From an uncultured Oscillospiraceae bacterium (GTDB lineage: Bacteria; Bacillota; Clostridia; Oscillospirales; Acutalibacteraceae): a DNA stretch of 64,000 bases. The position numbers and the translations under genes were made by a program. Below the pieces are notes generated by a model. It was not told the origin of the DNA and did not search any database. It saw only the letters and a program-made list of their open reading frames with translations. Shown here one piece after another: positions 8,320 through 17,903 of the stretch (position 1 is its first letter; the number at the start of each line of letters is the position of its first letter). The DNA lies in NCBI GenBank assembly GCA_949283785.1, contig CASDTR010000003.1:2852-66851 (forward strand), written 5' to 3'.

Positions 8320-9027
8320 TTATTTAAGTCCGAGACGCTTTGCCATCTCTTCGTATGCCTCTTCTACGCTGCCCATATCTCTGCGGAAACGGTCCTTATC
8401 AAGTTTCTCATGAGTTGTCATATCCCAGAAACGGCAGGTATCAGGTGAAATCTCATCGGCAAGGATTATGTCGCCGTGGAAACGGCCGAACTCAAGCTTG
8501 AAGTCGATGAGCTCAACGTTCTTTGTTGCAAAGTACTCGCAAAGAATCTCATTGATCTTGAGAGCCATTGTCCTGATCTTCTCAATCTCCTCAGCTGTTG
8601 CAAAACCGCAGGCAAGAGCGTGTGAGTCGTTGATCATGGGATCGCCCAGAGCGTCGTCCTTGTAGCTGAACTCAAGAACGGGGCAGAGAAGCTTTGTTCC
8701 CTCTTCGAGGCCCAGGCGCTTTGCCATGCTTCCCGCCGCCTTATTGCGGATGATAACCTCAAGAGGTACTATCTCAACCTTGCGAACTGCGGTCTCTCTG
8801 TCACTGAGCTCTTCGATAAAGTGTGTTGCAATACCTTTTTCCTCAAGCATCTTGCAAAGGAAATTTGACATCTTGTTGTTGATAACGCCTTTACCGTAAA
8901 TTGTGCCCTTTTTAAGGCCGTTGAAAGCGGTAGCGTCGTCCTTATAGTCAACGATAACTACGTCGGGATCTTCCGTAAGGAAAACTTTCTTTGCCTTGCC
9001 CTCGTAAATCATTTCTTTCTTTTCCAT
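8320..9027 (-). CDS. purC: phosphoribosylaminoimidazole-succinocarboxamide (SAICAR) synthase
   Basis: It has the SAICAR synthetase pattern ([11 protein letters not shown]..., [15 protein letters not shown]). I moved the start to ATG 9027 behind GAAGGAG. Confidence 0.93.
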   Translation of the reverse strand: MEKKEMIYEGKAKKVFLTEDPDVVIVDYKDDATAFNGLKKGTIYGKGVINNKMSNFLCKMLEEKGIATHFIEELSDRETAVRKVEIVPLEVIIRNKAAGSMAKRLGLEEGTKLLCPVLEFSYKDDALGDPMINDSHALACGFATAEEIEKIRTMALKINEILCEYFATKNVELIDFKLEFGRFHGDIILADEISPDTCRFWDMTTHEKLDKDRFRRDMGSVEEAYEEMAKRLGLK

Positions 9028-9178
9028 CTTTACTGCTCCTTCACTTTTCATAAACTGATTTCTCAGTGCAGCCTGACCGCACTATACTATTATAGTTATT
9101 ATATATCTTTACTCCCTCTTCAATCAATAGGCATAATGCGATTATACTTACGGATTGCAGGGCAAAAAAATAGTAATC

Positions 9179-9207
9179 TTGACGTAGAAATTTTATTGTG
9201 GTACTAT
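9179..9207 (+). promoter_or_regulatory. sigma-A-type promoter of the GH13 gene
   Basis: TTGACG (9179-9184), 17 nt, then TACTAT (9202-9207), with TGG immediately upstream of the -10. Confidence 0.5.
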
Positions 9208-9271
9208 TTATTTGTTTAAAATTGCGCATTTTATTGTTTGTAAATCTATTTTTTTGTACGAGGTGATTTAA

Positions 9272-10855
9272 ATGTCAAGCTGGCTCGACAAAGCGGTGCT
9301 CTATGAGATTTATCCGCAAAGCTTCTACGACACAAACTCCGACGGCATAGGAGATTTGCAGGGAATTATAGAAAGGCTCGACTATGTCGCTTCCCTGGGC
9401 TGCAACGGAATATGGCTCAATCCCTGCTTTGTATCCCCCTTCAGCGACGCGGGATACGACGTTTCAGATTACTGCTGCATAGCGCCCAGATACGGCACAA
9501 ACGATGACATGAAGCGTCTTATTGAAGCGGCAAAGGCAAGGGGAATCAAAATCATCCTTGACCTTGTTCCCGGCCACACTTCAATTGAGCATCCGTGGTT
9601 CAAGGAATCCATGAAGGCGAAAAATAACGAATATACAAACCGATACATATGGACCGAAACTGACGAGGACGCTGAGGACAAAACATTGCCTCAGAGCATT
9701 TCAGCGGCCCTTCATAAGGCAGAAGGAGCGGAGCGTGCGGGAAAATACATGTGCAACTTTTTCCCGTCCCAGCCCGCTTTAAATTTCGGCTTCGGAAAAG
9801 TTGAAAAGCCCTGGCAGCTTCCCTGGGATCATCCCGACTGCATCAAAACCAGAGAAGCAATAAAGGATATAATGCGTTACTGGCTCGATATGGGAGTCGC
9901 CGGCTTTCGTGTAGACATGGCTTTTTCCCTTGTCAAAAATGACACAGACGACAAGAAATACACAAAGGAAGTGTGGAAGGATATAAGGAAGATGCTCGAT
10001 GAGGAGTATCCCGACACGGTGATGATTTCCGAATGGTTTAATCCCACCCAGGCCATTGAGGCGGGCTTCGACGCCGACTTTTACCTTCAGGCCTGCCCGG
10101 GATATATGTCCCTGATGCTCATGGGCGACTCCAGCTTCTTCCACCCCGACGGCGACGGAACCTGCGAGCCCTTCGCCGCGGAATACAGCGAACACGTTAA
10201 AAATGCCGCCGCATTGGGCGGAATGACAAGCACTCCCACGGGAAACCATGACATTGTGCGCATGTCCTACGGCAGAACAAAAGAGCAGATAAAAATGATA
10301 CTCACCTTCGTCTTTTCACTGCCCGGCCTTCCCATAGTTTATTACGGCGACGAAATCGGCATGAAGTATCTTGACCTTGAGAGCAAGGAGGGCGGAATGT
10401 ACCGCACGGGTTCACGCACGCCCATGCAGTGGAACGATGAAGAAAACGCAGGCTTTTCCTCCGCCGACTCCTCAAAGCTCTACCTGCCGATTGACCCTGA
10501 TGAAAACCGTCCCACAGTGGAAAATCAGGACAATGACCCCGACTCCATTCTCAACTATACGAGACATCTTATCGCCATGCGCAAGGTAAACCCGGCCCTG
10601 GGAAACAGAGCCGACTTTAAAATACTCTATGCCGAGGATGAAAAATATCCCCTTGTCTTTTCGAGGTACTGCTCACAGCAGAAGCTGGCCGTATGCTTTA
10701 ACCCCGCCGACAGAGAGTGCGAGGTATGCCTGCCCGTAAAGCCGGGGGACAACGCCCTTATCATGCACGGGGATATTAAATTTGAACCCTGCCAAAGCGG
10801 CACAAAGATTTCCATGCCTGCTCAAAGCTACTGCATAGTACCCTACAGCGATTAA
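9272..10855 (+). CDS. GH13 alpha-amylase-family glycosidase (alpha-glucosidase / oligo-1,6-glucosidase-like), cytoplasmic
   Basis: The GH13 conserved regions are present: DLVPGHTS, GFRVDMA (nucleophile Asp), ISEW (acid/base Glu), GNHD. The N-terminus YEIYPQSFYDTNSDGIGDLQGI is typical. There is no signal peptide. Confidence 0.88.
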   Translation: MSSWLDKAVLYEIYPQSFYDTNSDGIGDLQGIIERLDYVASLGCNGIWLNPCFVSPFSDAGYDVSDYCCIAPRYGTNDDMKRLIEAAKARGIKIILDLVPGHTSIEHPWFKESMKAKNNEYTNRYIWTETDEDAEDKTLPQSISAALHKAEGAERAGKYMCNFFPSQPALNFGFGKVEKPWQLPWDHPDCIKTREAIKDIMRYWLDMGVAGFRVDMAFSLVKNDTDDKKYTKEVWKDIRKMLDEEYPDTVMISEWFNPTQAIEAGFDADFYLQACPGYMSLMLMGDSSFFHPDGDGTCEPFAAEYSEHVKNAAALGGMTSTPTGNHDIVRMSYGRTKEQIKMILTFVFSLPGLPIVYYGDEIGMKYLDLESKEGGMYRTGSRTPMQWNDEENAGFSSADSSKLYLPIDPDENRPTVENQDNDPDSILNYTRHLIAMRKVNPALGNRADFKILYAEDEKYPLVFSRYCSQQKLAVCFNPADRECEVCLPVKPGDNALIMHGDIKFEPCQSGTKISMPAQSYCIVPYSD

Positions 10856-10882
10856 CAGATATTGTATGCCATACATATAATC

Positions 10883-10913
10883 AGCCCCGACTCTCGTTGA
10901 GTCGGGGCTTTTT
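10883..10913 (+). terminator. intrinsic terminator of the GH13 gene
   Basis: The stem agccccgac (10883-10891) / gtcggggct (10901-10909) is followed by ttttt. Confidence 0.75.
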
Positions 10914-10955
10914 ACTGACTAATCACTTCACCTTTCAGCAGGCTGCTTTATCTAT

Positions 10956-12008
10956 TTATTTTGCCGTTCCCACCACAGCCGTATTTGTAAATCTGTGGCG
11001 GACAACAGGCGCAACCGTAAAGGAGCCGTCACGCTTTATCTCTATGAGTTTGCCTCCTCTGAACGGGACAAAATAGATGTTGTGGTCACAGGAATTGCCG
11101 TATGTAAGCCTTATTCCCTTGTAATTTACTGAGTAGTTATTCATATGGTCATGTCCCACAAAGACGCCCTTGGTGCTGCCCATTTCAATCATTGCCTCAA
11201 ACATGCCGTCATCTTCATAGGGAATATATTCCTTTTCAAAGCGCCATCCGCCGATAATTTCACCGTTTTCCTTGGCCTGAGCATATCCCTGCGCAAATTC
11301 ATAAATAGGAATGTGAAAGAAAGCGAGAGACGGCACGACCTTTGTCTCGTTGCCGTTTTCCGTGAGGGCAATTTCCTTTATAGTATCCCTGTACCACTGA
11401 ACCTGATCGTCGTGGAATTTATCGTAGCCCTCGGCGCCCGTCGACTCGTCGGGATACATATTGCTGTCCATCATAATAAGGCTCATTACGGCGCCGCCGT
11501 TTTCATCACGGACGGTGTAATAATAATGCCCCATGCCTGTGATGCTTTCGTCTCCGCGCTCATAGATACAGTATTCAAGGGTTTCAAGATAGTCGTTTAT
11601 CTCCTGCTTTGAAGCGACTCCTTCTGCATCATGATTTCCGAATGTAAAGGCCCACAGGATTTTCTTTTTCTCAATATACTCACAGAATTTTTTTATGGCC
11701 GTAAGATTATCATGTTCGCTGGTAATGTCTCCAGTGACGACTATCATGTCGGGACGGGTTTCCTCAATCATGGCGTCTATGGTTTTAAAAGCCTTAGCGT
11801 CCTTTTTCTCATCGTTTACGATATGAACGTCAGTTATCTGTAAAACAGAAAACAAGGTGTCCTCATCCCTTTCATAGCTGCCGCCGTATAAAGTAAACAT
11901 AACAAAACCCAATGCCGCGACTGCAACAACAGCACAAAGAACAATTATGATTTTCGGCCATTTACTTTCTGTTTTTCTTTTCTGCTCTGACTTTTTCCTT
12001 GAGTTCAT
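10956..12008 (-). CDS. membrane-anchored calcineurin-like metallophosphoesterase (copy 1, last gene of the operon)
   Basis: It has an N-terminal TM segment (IIIVLCAVVAVAALGFVMF) and the metallophosphoesterase motifs ITDVH, VTGD, GNHD, GHDH. Its first 47 nt overlap the upstream transporter gene. Confidence 0.85.
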   Translation of the reverse strand: MNSRKKSEQKRKTESKWPKIIIVLCAVVAVAALGFVMFTLYGGSYERDEDTLFSVLQITDVHIVNDEKKDAKAFKTIDAMIEETRPDMIVVTGDITSEHDNLTAIKKFCEYIEKKKILWAFTFGNHDAEGVASKQEINDYLETLEYCIYERGDESITGMGHYYYTVRDENGGAVMSLIMMDSNMYPDESTGAEGYDKFHDDQVQWYRDTIKEIALTENGNETKVVPSLAFFHIPIYEFAQGYAQAKENGEIIGGWRFEKEYIPYEDDGMFEAMIEMGSTKGVFVGHDHMNNYSVNYKGIRLTYGNSCDHNIYFVPFRGGKLIEIKRDGSFTVAPVVRHRFTNTAVVGTAK

Positions 12009-13737
12009 TTTCTCTCTCCTGCACTTCCATCTTTTCTCTTTCTTCCTTTTCCTTTATCCTCTGAGCGGCTTCATCATATTTTGCGCTGATTTCGCCGAGG
12101 AAGCTATATTTTTTCATCTCCTCCAGCACAAAGAAATTGTTGTCCCTGACGGCTTCTTCCGTTATTTCCTTTACGTTTACGATATCTTCATCTTGGAGTT
12201 CATTGGATTTATAGTTATCGGTTGCTGCTCGAAGCTTAAGCACACGGACATAGTTTGTGTGTTTTGTCTCCGTAAGGTCATAGAAAAACATGGGAACAGC
12301 CGAGAGCACGGCACCTATAAGGGCCAGAACAGTAGTATATTTAAAAGCTCCCACCATAAGCTCATGGTTCTGAAGAGCGACGTTTATATCATCCCCGAAG
12401 CCGATGCCGCCGAAGGAGAGGAAGAGCGGCGCCAGCATACCCGTAAACAGGCCGATGAGGGTAGAGATAAAGGCCGTGTAATTCTGCCAGAAGCCTTCCA
12501 GACGTTTGCCCGTTTTCCACTGCTGATAGTCGAGAACGTCGGAAACCATGACGGTTGAAATATAATAGAATCCTCCGCAGAGATTCTGGAAGAAAATGCA
12601 TACCAGAATAAGATACGGGTTATTTACGGCGGCAAGCTGCACAGCTACCATTGCCACAAAAAGAGTATTGGCGACAAGCAGACAGTTTCGCTTTCCGAAT
12701 TTTTTTATAAGCAGCGGTCCGAATACCATTCCGGGAACCAGTGCGTTATTCAAAACGATATTGCATATGGCCATTGCGGTATCTCCAGCTTTTCCGCCTA
12801 TGCCGTAGGTACACACCCAGAGATAAATATTCGCCTGTGCCCTTATGCCCACAACAACCGTAAGTATGGTGATAATCCAGAAATACTTGTTTGAAGAAAG
12901 CTCCTTTGCGCCCTCCCAGAACTTGACCTTCGCTACATACTTTTTGTTTACCACAACTCTTTCTTTTGTACCGAAATAAGCAAAAAGAACGAACAAAACG
13001 CCTCCTACGGAGCACAAGGGAAAGAAAATACGATAGAGCCATATATTGTTCATTCCCGTAACGGCTCCCGCTGAAAAGAACAGACCCGCCGCTGCCGGCA
13101 TCACTACATTCACCACAGAGCTGGGGATATTGCAAATAAGTCCTCTCAGGGCCCCTATATTCGCCCTTTCCTGAGCGACGCTTGAAATGGTCTGCTCTAT
13201 TCCCGCCATGGCCTGATTGAGGAGGGTACTGAAAAAGGTTCCTATCTGAAGCAATACGAACATCACAACAACTGCCGTACTGAGACTTACATTAGACGCC
13301 GCAACACCCAAAATGGGGATTTCGGGAATTGAAAAGCTTATAACTATATTTTCGGTCCAGCTCTGCGGGATATACGGAATGAGCCCGAAAGAAACCGCCG
13401 TCAATATTGCCGACCAGATGAGAAAGGGCTTAAATTTGCCCTTTTCGGAGTTTGAGTTGTCAATAATCATCGACAGTATGGGTGACCTTACAAGAGCAAT
13501 AAGTGAACCCAGCATCGTCAAAACGAATACCATGCCCGATGTAACCTTGAAATAGGTTATCATCAGGGGGATGTTCATGGCAATTGTAGTCCAGGTTATG
13601 AGCACGCTTAAAAATGAAATTCCGCCGTAACCCATGGAGAGATTCACAAACTCCTTATAGGATACCTGATATCCCTTAGGTGGCGTTTTCCAGTATGTTT
13701 TAAGCTTCAAGAAAAGGGGCGTGATTTTTTCTTTCAT
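11962..13737 (-). CDS. GPH/MFS_2-type glycoside:cation symporter with a ~105-aa charged C-terminal tail
   Basis: A multi-TM protein with the GPH-like loop SPILSMIIDNSNSEKGKFKPFLIWS. I moved the start to ATG 13737 (AGGAG 7 nt upstream). The tail after the last TM is rich in K/E (KEKEEREKMEVQERENELKEKVRAEKKNRK). Confidence 0.75.
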   Translation of the reverse strand: MKEKITPLFLKLKTYWKTPPKGYQVSYKEFVNLSMGYGGISFLSVLITWTTIAMNIPLMITYFKVTSGMVFVLTMLGSLIALVRSPILSMIIDNSNSEKGKFKPFLIWSAILTAVSFGLIPYIPQSWTENIVISFSIPEIPILGVAASNVSLSTAVVVMFVLLQIGTFFSTLLNQAMAGIEQTISSVAQERANIGALRGLICNIPSSVVNVVMPAAAGLFFSAGAVTGMNNIWLYRIFFPLCSVGGVLFVLFAYFGTKERVVVNKKYVAKVKFWEGAKELSSNKYFWIITILTVVVGIRAQANIYLWVCTYGIGGKAGDTAMAICNIVLNNALVPGMVFGPLLIKKFGKRNCLLVANTLFVAMVAVQLAAVNNPYLILVCIFFQNLCGGFYYISTVMVSDVLDYQQWKTGKRLEGFWQNYTAFISTLIGLFTGMLAPLFLSFGGIGFGDDINVALQNHELMVGAFKYTTVLALIGAVLSAVPMFFYDLTETKHTNYVRVLKLRAATDNYKSNELQDEDIVNVKEITEEAVRDNNFFVLEEMKKYSFLGEISAKYDEAAQRIKEKEEREKMEVQERENELKEKVRAEKKNRK

Positions 13738-13755
13738 AAATATTCTCCTGTTCAA

Positions 13756-15975
13756 TCAGAATTTTTCCGTAAGAACTATTTCTTTTGATACGGAGCATTT
13801 ATCGCTTATATTTCTGTTTAGGACCTTCAGCGGTTTGGAGGAAGAAAGCTCAGTGACCTTTCCTCTTTCCCATTTAAATGAAACCTCGGCGCCGTTTACC
13901 ACCATTCCCTTTACGCTGCCCTTTTTCCACTTTTCGGGAATCGCAGGCAGCAATTCGCAGACACCGTCCTCACAGTAGATAAGCATTTCGTTTATTCCCC
14001 CTATGAAGCCCATGTTTCCGTCTATCTGAAACAGGAACGGGGGGTGGACACAGAAAAGATTTTTAAAAACCGAGTGGCCGAGCATACTCTCTATCACTTC
14101 CAGCGCTTTTTCCCCTCTGTGGAGCCTTGCAGCAAGACAAATAGCCCAAGCGGCACTCCAGCCGATATAACTGGAGGAATTGGCGGTGCGGTAATCAAAC
14201 AGCTTTTCCACCCATTTTCTCTCTTCGGGATTGCCGTAATATTTTATCACCCTGCCGGGATAAAAGCCATAAAGAGGTGAGAAATGTCTGTGGCCCTTTT
14301 CAGAAATGGGCACGTCGTCATGCCATTCGCATATTCCCGTGGAGCCCACTCTAAAGGGATAGAGCTTTGAAAGACGTTCATTAAGCTCTTCAATAAGCTG
14401 CCTGTCCTCGGTAAACTCGAGGCAGTTTTTCATGGCCTGCTTTGAAAGAGCGATTTCAAAGGCGGAGGCATAATCGAGAGAACATTCGGAGCCGTTTTTA
14501 TTAAAGCAGGCCTCAGGAGACGCCGAAGGGCAGGTAACGTAATATCCGTCGTACATAACGAGATAATCCCTTACGAACTTTGCGGCCTCACCGGCTATTT
14601 CCTGAATTTTTTCGCGGTATTCCTCAAGGCCGCCGTTTTTCATATGCCCGTACAGCTCGTTGGAAAGCCATACTCCGCACAAGGGCGCATACATGTAACT
14701 GGGGCTTCCCTGAACGGGAGAGGTCTTTCGCCAAATATCCACGTTGTGGTTACAGGCAAAGCCCTCGCAGCCGTAATTTGCTTTCGCCGTCTTTTTTCCG
14801 TTCTCCATAGCCTCATAGACAAGATTTATATAAGGCTCCATACAGTCGGCAAGATTTGCGGAAACCGCTCCCCAGTAATTCATCTCCGTGTTGATGTTCA
14901 CGGTATAGTTGCTGCTCCAGGGCGGGCGCAGGGAATCGTTCCACTGTCCCTGAAGGTTCAGTGCCTGTCCACCCTTTCTGCTGCCCTGAATGGTCATATA
15001 TTTTCCGAATTTATAGAAAAGCTCCGCAAGGGCAGTTTGGACATCTCCCTTTTTCGCTTTTTTCACAAGCTTATCCGTATCTTCGCCGCTCTCCTCCCCC
15101 AGGGAAATGCTTTGGCGGGAATACAGCGAAGCGTAATCCTCAATATGGCGTTCTTTTATTGTCTCATAGGAATCCCTTATGCCTTCTAAAAGCTCCTTAC
15201 AGCGTAAAGACGGTACCTTTCTGTCGATTTCGGGCATTTTGTCGTATCCCTTAAAGCCTGTTGCCGTGGAGACATATATCACCGCTTCTTTGGCACCGCG
15301 AATAAAAATATACTTATCGGTAATCTTTATTTTGCCGTCCGTCACCGCTTTGACTCCCATGGCAAAGGCCATTCCCTTGCCTTCGTTGTAGCGAATGGGG
15401 TTCGTCTCCGTCCTCAGATAATTGGGGGCGGCATAGTCGGGAGCATTCCCCGCAAGATAGAGCATTCCGTCACTGAAGGTTTCGCTTCGCAGCTTGCTTT
15501 TTAAGGTGATTTTAAGCGAAAACGGTCTTTCACTTTCGATTCTGTAAACTCCCGCTTTATGGGGATATGACACAAAGGCCTCCCTTTTAAAGCCTCCGCT
15601 TTTTACCGTATGTACTGCCCTTTGAAGATCCAGCTCACGGGAATACCTGCCGAAGGGCAGAGCCCTGTCAAAGGAGATGTCGATTTCCCCCAGAGGCATA
15701 TAGGCCTCACTGTAAAAACCACAGAGTTTTTGCTCCGTAAGAGCGTCGGCTTCCTTGTTTTTACCCTCGAAAACCAGCTTTCTGACCTGAGGCAAATACT
15801 CAAGACTTTCCGAACTGTCATAGTTTTTCGGATATCCCGACCACAGGGTACAGTCGTTTACGCAGATTTTCTCGGTGCGTCTGCCGCCGTAAACCATGAA
15901 GCCGATAGTTCCGTTTCCCATAGGCAGAGCGTTTCTCCAGGCTCTCGCCGGAGACGAATACTTTAATTTTTCCAT
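13756..15975 (-). CDS. GH95 family alpha-L-fucosidase / alpha-L-galactosidase, cytoplasmic
   Basis: It has the N-terminal GH95 signature (WRNALPMGNGTIGFMVYGG..EKICVNDCTLWSG) and is 739 aa. There is no signal peptide. Confidence 0.85.
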   Translation of the reverse strand: MEKLKYSSPARAWRNALPMGNGTIGFMVYGGRRTEKICVNDCTLWSGYPKNYDSSESLEYLPQVRKLVFEGKNKEADALTEQKLCGFYSEAYMPLGEIDISFDRALPFGRYSRELDLQRAVHTVKSGGFKREAFVSYPHKAGVYRIESERPFSLKITLKSKLRSETFSDGMLYLAGNAPDYAAPNYLRTETNPIRYNEGKGMAFAMGVKAVTDGKIKITDKYIFIRGAKEAVIYVSTATGFKGYDKMPEIDRKVPSLRCKELLEGIRDSYETIKERHIEDYASLYSRQSISLGEESGEDTDKLVKKAKKGDVQTALAELFYKFGKYMTIQGSRKGGQALNLQGQWNDSLRPPWSSNYTVNINTEMNYWGAVSANLADCMEPYINLVYEAMENGKKTAKANYGCEGFACNHNVDIWRKTSPVQGSPSYMYAPLCGVWLSNELYGHMKNGGLEEYREKIQEIAGEAAKFVRDYLVMYDGYYVTCPSASPEACFNKNGSECSLDYASAFEIALSKQAMKNCLEFTEDRQLIEELNERLSKLYPFRVGSTGICEWHDDVPISEKGHRHFSPLYGFYPGRVIKYYGNPEERKWVEKLFDYRTANSSSYIGWSAAWAICLAARLHRGEKALEVIESMLGHSVFKNLFCVHPPFLFQIDGNMGFIGGINEMLIYCEDGVCELLPAIPEKWKKGSVKGMVVNGAEVSFKWERGKVTELSSSKPLKVLNRNISDKCSVSKEIVLTEKF

Positions 15976-15989
15976 TTCGCTTTCCCGTC

Positions 15990-17903
15990 CTATTCTTCAC
16001 AAGAAATATAGTAAGTGTTTTTATCAAAATCCACGGTTATCGTGGAACCGTCCGAATATACAGTCCTCTGCTGCCTTCCGTCCTCACTCAGGAATTCATG
16101 TCTGACAAGCTCCTTGCTGTAAAGCTTTTTCTGTATCTCGCATATTTCCAGAACCTTTCCGATGCGAGCTTTCACCTCCTCGTCCCCAAGGTCATTTCCC
16201 TTCTCGTCATAGGGAGTAAAGTAGGGGGTCTGTGCATTGAGGATGCAGTGAAGGAAGCCCGAGTCACCGTCAGGGATACCCCAGCCGCCCGTGCCGTCCG
16301 CAATCCACGGCACAAATATACAGTCGTGGTAAACAAGATTTAGCAAAGGCACGGGGACACCTACAGGAACTCCTCTCTCCTGAGGCCTGAGAGCATATGG
16401 GGCGTGGTGGACGAGGTCAAGATAATTCACCATCAGCGCACCCGGCTCCTCCGAAGAGACGATTATTCCCTTTTCTCTCAGATAATCGAAGCACTCCCCC
16501 CGATACTTTATGCTTTCTTCTCTCGTAGCGGGATGCTCAGGATCAAAGCACTCATCACCCCACATAATCGAAAACACATCGAGATATACGCCCTTAACGA
16601 AAATACCGTGCTCTTCGAGCTCCTTATGGGTGAATTTAAGGTAGTCCTTTGCCTTTGAGGCGCAAAGCCAGGTATGAGGACCTCCCGCCCAGATGCTGCA
16701 ATAGGGATTGCTGCCGTCAATATTCCGCACCGCAAGGCTCATGTCAAATTTTTTGCAGCTGTAATAAAAATCCCTGTACTGATCATGAATACCGAATATG
16801 TAGCCGAGGCTGCCGCATTTATCGCAAAGGCGCTTCATTCCCTCAAAGCCTCCCGCCTGCGGACAGGGGGGCAGCACATAAGGATGATTGTTGTCGTACC
16901 CCATTTCTCCCCAGCCGTCGGTATGGATATACAGCCTTTCAAGCCCTAAGTTTTTATATTTTTCATACTGAGCGCACCTGCCGTCAAAAGTGGAAATGAG
17001 CTTTTGATTGTTTTCGGGATGCTTTTTATCGTAAAACTTTGATTTCGGATGAACGGAGGTATATATGCCAGTGTGCAGAACGGGGGTTCCGATAAGCTTT
17101 TTTACGTTCTCGTTTTTTCGTATCTTTTCTTCCGTTGTGACAAGCTCGCCTCTATCTTTAAGGTATTTTCTAAATCCCTTGCAGATTGTGTTGTAATCGC
17201 AGCTGTCGTAAAACTCCATTTTTATCCGCCGCTCATAAGAAAGCTTTCCCAGTGACGACATCCAGTTGACGCCGCTTAAAACAGCTTTACCTTTGCCGCG
17301 GGCCGAAAAAATCGTGGAATCATAAGGGGTATCAATTATCGAAAGAAAGCCTTTTCTTCCGTTCACTCTGCCCCAAAAAGGCATATAGCAGTCCCCTGTA
17401 TTTACCTTTCGCCAATACTTTGTGAGAAGCGAAAGTGAAAGCCTGTTTTGATTCCGGCCGTCGGGAATAAGCATCCCCTGACGCATGGTGTCCACCGTAT
17501 AGCATTTGCCTGCCTTTTCCCTCCCGTCAAAAGGCGCCGGATAAGCCACCGCATGTATGTCGAGCCCCGTTTCGTTTTCCGCTCTTACGGAAAACTCCGC
17601 TCTGCCTTCTCCTGTTATTTTCGCCGTACAGACAAGGGTAAAATCGTACCTTTTGCCAAAGGCTGCAAATCCTCCGTATCGGCTCTCTATGGAGCTTTCA
17701 GTGACCCTGTGTATTTTTTCCGCCGCGAGAAAAAACGGACGATATGTATAAATATATTTCCTGCCCAATTTCTTTCTTAAAATAACATAGGGCTTTCTTC
17801 CCGTATTCACCCATACCCCGCCGCGGCTTTCAACCGTATAGCGGTCGCCGCGAGGAGTAAATTTTATCTTTGTATCAAATGCGCTGCATACATATTCCTT
17901 CAT
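15990..17903 (-). CDS. uncharacterised 637-aa protein, probable glycoside hydrolase (family not recognised)
   Basis: It lies between GH95 and GH29 with 1-14 nt junctions. Its central region, LYIHTDGWGEMGYDNNHPYVLP ... IFGIHDQYRDFY ... VYLDVF ... SSEEP, has the alternating strand/acid pattern of a TIM-barrel glycosidase. There is no signal peptide. Confidence 0.4.
   Translation of the reverse strand: MKEYVCSAFDTKIKFTPRGDRYTVESRGGVWVNTGRKPYVILRKKLGRKYIYTYRPFFLAAEKIHRVTESSIESRYGGFAAFGKRYDFTLVCTAKITGEGRAEFSVRAENETGLDIHAVAYPAPFDGREKAGKCYTVDTMRQGMLIPDGRNQNRLSLSLLTKYWRKVNTGDCYMPFWGRVNGRKGFLSIIDTPYDSTIFSARGKGKAVLSGVNWMSSLGKLSYERRIKMEFYDSCDYNTICKGFRKYLKDRGELVTTEEKIRKNENVKKLIGTPVLHTGIYTSVHPKSKFYDKKHPENNQKLISTFDGRCAQYEKYKNLGLERLYIHTDGWGEMGYDNNHPYVLPPCPQAGGFEGMKRLCDKCGSLGYIFGIHDQYRDFYYSCKKFDMSLAVRNIDGSNPYCSIWAGGPHTWLCASKAKDYLKFTHKELEEHGIFVKGVYLDVFSIMWGDECFDPEHPATREESIKYRGECFDYLREKGIIVSSEEPGALMVNYLDLVHHAPYALRPQERGVPVGVPVPLLNLVYHDCIFVPWIADGTGGWGIPDGDSGFLHCILNAQTPYFTPYDEKGNDLGDEEVKARIGKVLEICEIQKKLYSKELVRHEFLSEDGRQQRTVYSDGSTITVDFDKNTYYISCEE

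Noticed and set aside
9028-9271. A purine (guanine/adenine) riboswitch, ZTP riboswitch or PurBox in the purC leader / divergent promoter region.
   Set aside because: I could not find the conserved purine-riboswitch elements (UAUAAU...GGAUAUGG...UUUCUACC). I also found no ZTP GGGUCG/CCGCCUGG elements and no CGAAC-type PurBox on either strand. There is only a TATAAT-like hexamer with no properly spaced -35.
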